DNA of 23,165 bases, from NCBI GenBank assembly GCA_051532055.1, contig JAOPTX010000004.1, positions 1 to 23,165 of the forward strand. The letters run 5' to 3'. Below the pieces are notes generated by a model. That model had not been told where the DNA came from, made no database searches, and saw only the letters and a list, made by a program, of their open reading frames with translations. Of the stretch, positions 7,779 to 16,664 are shown one piece after another. The translations under genes were made by a program, and so were the position numbers. Source of the stretch: Fibrobacterales bacterium (GTDB lineage Bacteria > Fibrobacterota > Fibrobacteria > Fibrobacterales > JAOPTW01). The first letter of the stretch is position 1. Each line of letters begins with the position of its first letter.

Positions 7779-10700
7779 CTATTTACATTCGTTTTTAGGG
7801 CGTACAATACCCATGCTGGTAATAAACTTTTCGGTTCTTCCTGATTCAAAATGAGTGGTCACATGCCAATAGAAGACACCGCTTCCCACTCGTCGTCCAT
7901 TACTATTTTTCATATCCCACACAAGGTCATTAAGATAGTAGTTTTCAATGTCTGATTCTCGTGCCTCATTCTTAAGCTCACCGCATTTACCAAAGGTTTG
8001 TTTCCATGAATCAAGAAATTGTCCGAGGTGATCATATACAAATACTTTTGTAGTATAGGGGCCTTCATGAGCGTAGGAACCAAAGACGAGGGATGAATAG
8101 CATGCTGAATTAAATGTGTCAGGACTGGTGTTGTCTTGGTAAGTATCAGTTTTTTCCTCTTCTTCACCACAGGTTTCACGGTCGATGATTTTATGGGTTG
8201 TTGGGTCAAAATTGACTGGGGGTACCCAATTGTTTTTTAGAGGGACATTGTAGGTTGTTGTGTTTTCGAGAATGTTCATATCTTCATCGTATACGGGAAC
8301 ATTTTCTACCGGGATCAATATTTCACCATTGTCAGTGCCTACGATGGGTTCTCTAAAGGTGTGCCCTACTCGCCCGCTATCATCATCTTTTCCTTCGAGG
8401 GGAGCACCTTGAATTGATGCGTTGTTGTCGTATCTGTCGGTAACACGGTTGAGTATTGAAAAACCAATCTCATCGCCGATGAGGGGTGCATTAATATCAG
8501 GGGCATTGGAGGAAAATGCGTAGAGAATAGACTCATCATCTTTGTCAACTGAAGGGCGTTCTGTAAGTCTTAGAGTGTGGCTCTCACCATTGTCGGGCAC
8601 TACTATAAACGTGGTTTCCCACTCCTTTTTGTCGATAGCAACATCTTCGGAGAGATGAAAAATAAGGGTGTCTGAGTTGGGGAAATAGGCTAAAGAGTCA
8701 ATATCATATTGGATAGCAAAATAACGATGCTTTGGTGGGCGTTTCTCTACTTTAAGAATGACCGGCCCTATGCGGTCTTCAATCTTAATTGAAGAACTAC
8801 CATAGTTGAGGGAAGGAGGAGACTTTTTGTCGCCTTTGGTACCAAAATCAAATGGTTTTGGGAATGTGATAATAACCGCAGTTGAGTCTTCGTTTAAATA
8901 TTCAAGCCAATCTTCTTTTGCGGTGATTTTATCTTTGCCATCCTTAGGCCAGTCAATAGAGGTAATGCTTTTAGGAAGACTTGTAAGAAGTCGATCAAAG
9001 CCAACAATCATCATATCTGCATGGCCATCACCATTTTCATCGTATACATGTGCATAGTTAAGTTCGGCGGGGGGCGTTACAGGTTCATTTTCTTCAATAG
9101 CAATGGTAACTTCTCCAGTACAGAGGGAGTCCAGGTTATCCGATAGGGCATCTTCATAATACACAGTATAGGTTGTTGTCTCAATTGGTGTAACAACGGG
9201 GGATGGAGAGTTAAGCTTGATGGTGTCGCCATCTTCAATGTAACTCCAGTGACTGATGGTACCCCGACCTTCAGAGCTGAGGGTGACAGGAGTGGTGTTT
9301 TCTTTACCATACTCAACGGCAATTGAGGTGTCTTGTCGAGGAGTGACGCGACACCCGTCACAGTTTTCTGGAGTAACCCATACGATGTCAGTCATTTTAC
9401 AGTGACTATCATCATAGATTACTTCAAAGGGTAGCTTTCTATCTGTTACACTTGGGGGTAGGTAAAAACTAGGAGACTCAAAGTGTACACTATCGAGAAA
9501 TTGATCATTAATCCAGGTGTAGTTTGGATCTGCTTCTGTAGAAGGAGTAGTGCCATTAAGAGTAATGGTTTTGTCAATACACGCATACATGTCACCGCCA
9601 AATTCGGGATCTAGTGGTGAAACTCTAATGGAAAGGTTTTTCTCTTTTGGTTCAATTTCTCCGGTAAGAGCATTCTCTACAAATACCGTTACGGTATAGA
9701 CAAAGGGCCCTTCTCCTATCTCACTGCTTGGTTCGAACACATAGGTGGAGTCATTCTTTTTGCGGATCAAATCTATATGTGAGGCTGTAGGTGCGAACCA
9801 TTCGTAATCAACACCTCCCTGTGCAAGGAGCTCTATTTCAAGGTCGCATCTTAGAGTGTAGTTGGTGATACCTATTGTGCCTACACCGGCATTTGAATTA
9901 TCGAGAGTAAAGCCGGAGTAGTAGCCTCCGCCGCCGACAGCGCCGCCATCACTAAATGATACTGCTCCATTTAATGGGCCTGTAGAGGTTACATGGTAGT
10001 CGTGGTGATCTTTCTCGTAATCTATCAGATCGTCATGCTCAATTCTGTAGGCTACCCAAGTGTCATTGATGGGTATGCTTAACGATCGGGGCACTTCGTC
10101 ATCATTTATTGTTAAAGTGGCAGAACGGTGGGTTGAAAGGTAGAGAGACGCATCTGCAATGTTCTCAATTTCTGCAATATATATTTCTTTTGTTGCGTTG
10201 TCGGTGAGGCGAGGGACAAAGATCATTCCTGCTGTATGGGTGCCGGTATTTCCGGCGAGAGTTTGATAGACGAAGGCGTCATGTGATGTTTCAATAAACA
10301 TGGTATGATTTTGATAATACTCCCATGGAACGATGTGATATTCCCCTTTGTGAATGGTTGTGGTAATGCGGGTGCCATTAACAGAAAAAGTAGTGTTGTT
10401 TTGTGTTGCGATAATAATTGCAACTTCATTACCTTTATTTACTTCAGTTCCTTTACCCTCTATGAGGATAAACTCTGTGCCAGCGTATTCAACAGGCACA
10501 ATTTGATCCAATCCAATATCACGATTAGAACCATTTGAATAACCTCCATGAAATGTCCCTGTATTCACTACAATATCATTATTCGAAGTAATGTGCGTTC
10601 CATTGAAACCATTAACTGTAGAATCACTTTTTCCATATTCTGTCTGGAGCCAATCAAATCTATTGGCTACTATGTATGACTCACCTTTATTGAGGATAGG

Positions 10701-11336
10701 GAGGTCAGTAGTGTCAGTTTGCTGGTAAAAAGAATAGTTGGGGTTCGCGATGGTAACACGTGTGTTATTCTCAGTAGCCATTACTGAAATAAAATGACTT
10801 TTACGCCAAATGTCAGCAGTTACATCAGTAGCTTGGCTATGCATATGGCCGCTAAAAAACTCTTTTCCCAAGCCTACAGTGCCTTTGGAGGTGAGAACTT
10901 CTCCTTGAGGGCTATCTCTGTATAGTATATTAACAAAGATGTTCTTCTGACTATGCACTTTAATTCCTGCACTTGGTAAAATGGTATTAATCATACCGCT
11001 GGGGTCTGCCGCCTCACCGCCTTGAGCAACTAATAGTGAGCCCGTGTTTTTAAGGTCAACATACACAGGACTGTAGAGGGAAACAGTCTCTGTAGATATG
11101 AGAGTCCCATCACCATGAGTGACTTCTACTTCAAAGGGAATAGGCTCGAGTGTTGAAATTATTAATGCGTAATGCAAAAGGCCAGAATTATTAAACCCAA
11201 AAATAGGAGGAATATAATGCAAGGTATCAATCTGTGCATCTGCCCTTTGGGGTAATAAACCGAGTACTAGAAATGTGAGTGTAATAAAAATTGAACGAAT
11301 AGATATGCAATTCGCTAACGATAGTGTTCCTATCAT
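7779..11336 (-). CDS. Secreted protein with IgGFc-binding-like N-terminal domain, Ig-like repeats, D-x-N-x-DG module and FlgD-like C-terminal domain
   Basis: 1185-aa ORF with a signal peptide ending ADA|Q. QIDTLHYIPP, TSKGTVGLGKEF, ISVMATENNTRVTI, LNKGESY and DQIVPVEYAGTEF are typical of the IgGFc_binding region. Ig-like units include AQGGVDYEW and TTTYTV. The C-terminus reads VYDHLGQFL...WDMKNSNGRRVGSGVFYW. Confidence 0.82.
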   Translation of the reverse strand: MIGTLSLANCISIRSIFITLTFLVLGLLPQRADAQIDTLHYIPPIFGFNNSGLLHYALIISTLEPIPFEVEVTHGDGTLISTETVSLYSPVYVDLKNTGSLLVAQGGEAADPSGMINTILPSAGIKVHSQKNIFVNILYRDSPQGEVLTSKGTVGLGKEFFSGHMHSQATDVTADIWRKSHFISVMATENNTRVTIANPNYSFYQQTDTTDLPILNKGESYIVANRFDWLQTEYGKSDSTVNGFNGTHITSNNDIVVNTGTFHGGYSNGSNRDIGLDQIVPVEYAGTEFILIEGKGTEVNKGNEVAIIIATQNNTTFSVNGTRITTTIHKGEYHIVPWEYYQNHTMFIETSHDAFVYQTLAGNTGTHTAGMIFVPRLTDNATKEIYIAEIENIADASLYLSTHRSATLTINDDEVPRSLSIPINDTWVAYRIEHDDLIDYEKDHHDYHVTSTGPLNGAVSFSDGGAVGGGGYYSGFTLDNSNAGVGTIGITNYTLRCDLEIELLAQGGVDYEWFAPTASHIDLIRKKNDSTYVFEPSSEIGEGPFVYTVTVFVENALTGEIEPKEKNLSIRVSPLDPEFGGDMYACIDKTITLNGTTPSTEADPNYTWINDQFLDSVHFESPSFYLPPSVTDRKLPFEVIYDDSHCKMTDIVWVTPENCDGCRVTPRQDTSIAVEYGKENTTPVTLSSEGRGTISHWSYIEDGDTIKLNSPSPVVTPIETTTYTVYYEDALSDNLDSLCTGEVTIAIEENEPVTPPAELNYAHVYDENGDGHADMMIVGFDRLLTSLPKSITSIDWPKDGKDKITAKEDWLEYLNEDSTAVIITFPKPFDFGTKGDKKSPPSLNYGSSSIKIEDRIGPVILKVEKRPPKHRYFAIQYDIDSLAYFPNSDTLIFHLSEDVAIDKKEWETTFIVVPDNGESHTLRLTERPSVDKDDESILYAFSSNAPDINAPLIGDEIGFSILNRVTDRYDNNASIQGAPLEGKDDDSGRVGHTFREPIVGTDNGEILIPVENVPVYDEDMNILENTTTYNVPLKNNWVPPVNFDPTTHKIIDRETCGEEEEKTDTYQDNTSPDTFNSACYSSLVFGSYAHEGPYTTKVFVYDHLGQFLDSWKQTFGKCGELKNEARESDIENYYLNDLVWDMKNSNGRRVGSGVFYWHVTTHFESGRTEKFITSMGIVRPKNECK

Positions 11337-11427
11337 GTTTGTGCCCTTTTAAAATAGTTTCTCGCATCAGTAGTTGGTTAAGCTTCTGAATAATACTTTA
11401 TTCAGTTACCCTCATTGGTCCCTTGTG

Positions 11428-11448
11428 GTATTGTGATCTACCACACCA
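11428..11448. promoter_or_regulatory. Shared upstream motif GTATTGTGAT-N5-ACACCA, copy 2 (inside a bulged inverted repeat at 11413-11451)
   Basis: GTATTGTGAT CTACC ACACCA, about 90 bp upstream of the 1185-aa gene start, in the same orientation as copy 1. Confidence 0.55.
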
Positions 11449-11682
11449 ATGTCTTAATCCTCTTAATTGAAGCCTGTTTAATATACCTTTTTTAGGGTAG
11501 TGATGGAGATTGAAGGAGCCTATTTAACACTACACTTGCCTTTAATGCCCAAATAAGTAAAATTGTCACGATTGTGTATTATGTGGGGGTATTGGGCCAT
11601 TTATTGAAGGGTGCTTGTGTTGCGAATACTATCTATTTAGTAGGTTCTTAGGCGATTTTAATGCGCTATAGAGGGAGGGATT

Positions 11683-12540
11683 GTGAGTGAAATGAAGCAA
11701 CAAGCTCAAGATATAACAAAGAGGGGCTGGAGTATTATCGGTAAAAGCTCACTCATAATTACCACAGGTGTTGCATTGATTTCTCTACTCTATACCCTCT
11801 TTCCTGCTAAGGCTGAAGTAATTGCAGAGTGTCGATCGACCCCTTTGAACTTCCCAAAATTCTGGTACGAAGAGAATGATATCAGGTCTGGCTTGAGAAG
11901 TGCACTTTTTCAGGCTGAACTGGAACAGATTATTCCAAAAGCAATTACCGTTGGGAAAAAGAGTCCAGAAAAATTGATTGATAGTAACCAGTTTGAAAAG
12001 AATTTTTTAGCTCAGTTATCATTATGGCAACAGGACGATAGAAATGATCATTATCTGAGTTGTATTGTGGTAAATAAAGGGGATGCGAGTGCAGAGAATG
12101 TGATTCTTACTACAGGAAAAACCACAGATCGACTGTTTTTAAATGGTCAATCATTGAATAATGTTGGCGGCAAAGGGCTTGAACTTGGTACCCTGCATCC
12201 AGAGAGTAAGTTTTCCATTGATATTCTTACCAATAACCCACTCAGTGGTATTGAACTCTCTCACACGAATGGAGTAGCTTCGGTGCATCTTTCTCAGTCA
12301 TTTATGGGATATTCTGGGGCTATCACGCGTTCACTAAGTAATGGATATTTAGTGTGGTTAGTTTTAGGTTCTGTTATTGGAGCCCTCGGGGCATATTTGA
12401 CAATAGCAATGCAGAGAAAAAGAATTGGTCATGAATACCACAGAGGGTCAATGAACTCTACTGTGGGCTTCTCGGTAAATAAAAAAAGCGGAACTTCTAT
12501 GGGGAGGAAGGGTTCCGCTTTTATTCATACTACTAGCTGA
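11683..12540 (+). CDS. Hypothetical membrane protein, two TM segments flanking a soluble domain with a CARDB/Ig-like motif
   Basis: GTG start after a strong SD (GAGGGAGGGA). Hydrophobic segments are LIITTGVALISLLYTLF and YLVWLVLGSVIGALGAYLTIAM. VVNKGDASAENVIL...LGTLHPES resembles CARDB-type Ig strands. Confidence 0.7.
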   Translation: MSEMKQQAQDITKRGWSIIGKSSLIITTGVALISLLYTLFPAKAEVIAECRSTPLNFPKFWYEENDIRSGLRSALFQAELEQIIPKAITVGKKSPEKLIDSNQFEKNFLAQLSLWQQDDRNDHYLSCIVVNKGDASAENVILTTGKTTDRLFLNGQSLNNVGGKGLELGTLHPESKFSIDILTNNPLSGIELSHTNGVASVHLSQSFMGYSGAITRSLSNGYLVWLVLGSVIGALGAYLTIAMQRKRIGHEYHRGSMNSTVGFSVNKKSGTSMGRKGSAFIHTTS

Positions 12541-12676
12541 GATGAAAATACAAAAGGGAGTATCGTGGGGTATACTTTTCACTTTTTTATAAAAAAGTAA
12601 TCAAGTTGATAATCGAATTGTTTTTTCAATTTTACCCGAGCTATCTGTTCGTTCTTTCTCTTTAGATTATTTATCT

Positions 12677-13582
12677 TTGGAGAAAGCCTCTTTACTAAAA
12701 TTGAGTATGCGTCGTTCTTCTATTATACTTTCTCAAAAACCAGATTTTACTATTTCAATTGACCCAGAGACCCGGTTTATTTACTCCCCCTCGGGAAGTC
12801 CGTCATCTATTATTCAAAAAAATAATACCCTCAGAGAACTCGGTCTTAATGTGGTGTATATGACGTTTCCCCATCCTATCACTGCAAAAGAGTATGCGGG
12901 TATGATTCGTTCACCAATTGCACTCGGAGCAGCGGTTACGGGGCAAGGACTTAAAACTGATATTATCGCTGAACTTGATGAGTTAGACCCTCTTGCTAAG
13001 GAGTTACAGTCAGTCAATACCGTGGTGCATGTTGAAGGCAAACTTGTTGGGTATAATACTGATGCAATTGGGTTTGAAACTGCAATTACCGAACGTATCG
13101 CAAATAAAAATCTTACCATTAAGAGTGCTGTAGTCTATGGGAATGGTGGTGTGTCGGGAGTTGCGGTTAAGGTGCTTCAAAAGCTCGGAATAGAAGTTAC
13201 TATGGCAGGAAGATCTAAGGAAAGGGTCGCTAAAAAAATGAGCGCACTCGATCTGACTCCTTTTGAGGGGCCTTATGATCTCGTCGTAAGTGCAACGCCG
13301 GCATCAAGCCGAGCACTGGTCGAAGCGAAAGGCCTTCTTCCTCTATTAAAAACAACTCAATTGGTGTTTGACCATAACATGCCCGAGAAAGATGGTGGCA
13401 AAAATTCTATCAAAGAGTTTTGCGCTCAACAGAGAATAGAATTTATTCCGGGGGGTGAAATGTATGTTCCCCAGTTGGTTAATCAGTGGGATATTTTTCT
13501 TGGGGGTTTAAAAAAGGAAACTGGTGAGTTGTGGGTTAATCGAGATCAACTTTTGGACAGAGTAGTGCTCGATTCCAAATAG
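12677..13582 (+). CDS. Shikimate dehydrogenase (AroE)-family oxidoreductase, divergent; the start may be ATG 12707
   Basis: Motifs GAAVT....K, SVNTV, GYNTDAIGF, Rossmann VYGNGGVS, DLVVSATP and G.EM.V.Q appear in the order expected for the SDH family. Confidence 0.85.
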   Translation: MEKASLLKLSMRRSSIILSQKPDFTISIDPETRFIYSPSGSPSSIIQKNNTLRELGLNVVYMTFPHPITAKEYAGMIRSPIALGAAVTGQGLKTDIIAELDELDPLAKELQSVNTVVHVEGKLVGYNTDAIGFETAITERIANKNLTIKSAVVYGNGGVSGVAVKVLQKLGIEVTMAGRSKERVAKKMSALDLTPFEGPYDLVVSATPASSRALVEAKGLLPLLKTTQLVFDHNMPEKDGGKNSIKEFCAQQRIEFIPGGEMYVPQLVNQWDIFLGGLKKETGELWVNRDQLLDRVVLDSK

Positions 13583-13608
13583 AACAGAGTTGAGATAGTA
13601 CATGCCAT

Positions 13609-13653
13609 TAAAAACAAAAAGCTCATGATAGTATCATGAGCTTTTTGTTTTTA
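13609..13653. terminator. Bidirectional Rho-independent terminator
   Basis: Perfect 22-bp inverted repeat TAAAAACAAAAAGCTCATGATA-G-TATCATGAGCTTTTTGTTTTTA between the convergent stops at 13582 (+) and 13666 (-). Confidence 0.93.
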
Positions 13654-13665
13654 TGTTCTAGAATG

Positions 13666-15897
<2,232 letters not shown>

Positions 15898-15979
15898 TGT
15901 TGTCCCTAAATGTGGTTTATGTGTGTTGTGTTGTGCTGTGTTTGGAATCTAAATATATCAGAGAACCCATTGTTGTGGT

Positions 15980-16138
15980 TCAGGAATGCCTAACAAAGGC
16001 TGGGTAACTTCCTGAGATGTAATTATATACGAACGAATGGGGAGTGAGTGCGGTCGAGCTATGGGACGATAGGACCCCAAAAGAAACGACGGTAGAGGAT
16101 GATGACATCCAGGATGTTTTTATATAATGATATTGCAC
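15980..16138 (-). CDS. Putative 52-aa Ser-rich small protein (below the ORF-track cutoff)
   Basis: AAGGAG (complement of 16147-16152) lies 8 nt upstream of GTG. The ORF reads MQYHYIKTSWMSSSSTVVSFGVLSSHSSTALTPHSFVYNYISGSYPAFVRHS* and is co-oriented with GH5, ending 82 nt upstream of it. No family recognised. Confidence 0.35.
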   Translation of the reverse strand: MQYHYIKTSWMSSSSTVVSFGVLSSHSSTALTPHSFVYNYISGSYPAFVRHS

Positions 16139-16570
16139 GACTCAATCTCCTTAATAAAGAATGGTGGCACTATTCAATTATATGCATGCGTAAAAACACT
16201 TATAAAGTGGCAATGCAATAGTTTGAATGGTCCCTCGTTATCAATAGTATTTGAAGAAAAGCCCCGAATCAAATACTCTTTTTAACAGTTGGTCGTGTAT
16301 GTGTACTAGAAATATTAGTAAGGAAGCGTTAATTATCAACCGGTGCCCTCTAGATATAAAGGAGGTTTACGACCTTTTTTCATTAATATACCTAAAGCAA
16401 TCATAGATATGGATATTTCGGTCAGTGGGGCAGGGGTTCTAAATGGAGTGACAGATAGATTGGTTCATTTGGGCCATGAAAAAGCGGAACTTATTGTATC
16501 GGTTTTTGGGTGAATCCCACTTTTCTCAAATTAACTCGGTCATTTTTATTCATAAATGATGGGTGAGGAG

Positions 16571-16586
16571 TGGCCTGTTTTTTGCT
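16571..16586 (+). promoter_or_regulatory. Candidate sigma54 (RpoN) -24/-12 promoter
   Basis: TGGC-CTGTTTT-TTGCT has exact GG-N10-GC spacing with TGGC and TTGC cores, about 80 nt upstream of ATG 16665. Confidence 0.55.
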
Positions 16587-16664
16587 TCGTTAGGGGTGCT
16601 CACTCTTCCGTGTTGAGGGACTAGGGAAAAGGTGCAGCATTACTAGTTTACATGAGGTGATATT

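Noticed and set aside
1334..11336. DxDxDG motifs as dockerins of a classical cellulosome
   Set aside because: Each protein has only one such motif, followed by beta-strand-like sequence; there is no duplicated dockerin repeat and no cohesin recognised.
218..13653. Perfect palindromes at 218-247 and 13609-13653 as REP/MITE elements
   Set aside because: They are unrelated in sequence, single-copy in the window, and positioned exactly as terminators.
16165..16186. TGGCAC as a sigma54 -24 box
   Set aside because: There is no TTGC/GC at the required -12 position.
15898..16664. Riboswitch, tRNA or CRISPR array in the long intergenic region
   Set aside because: I recognise no aptamer consensus, cloverleaf or regularly spaced direct repeats.
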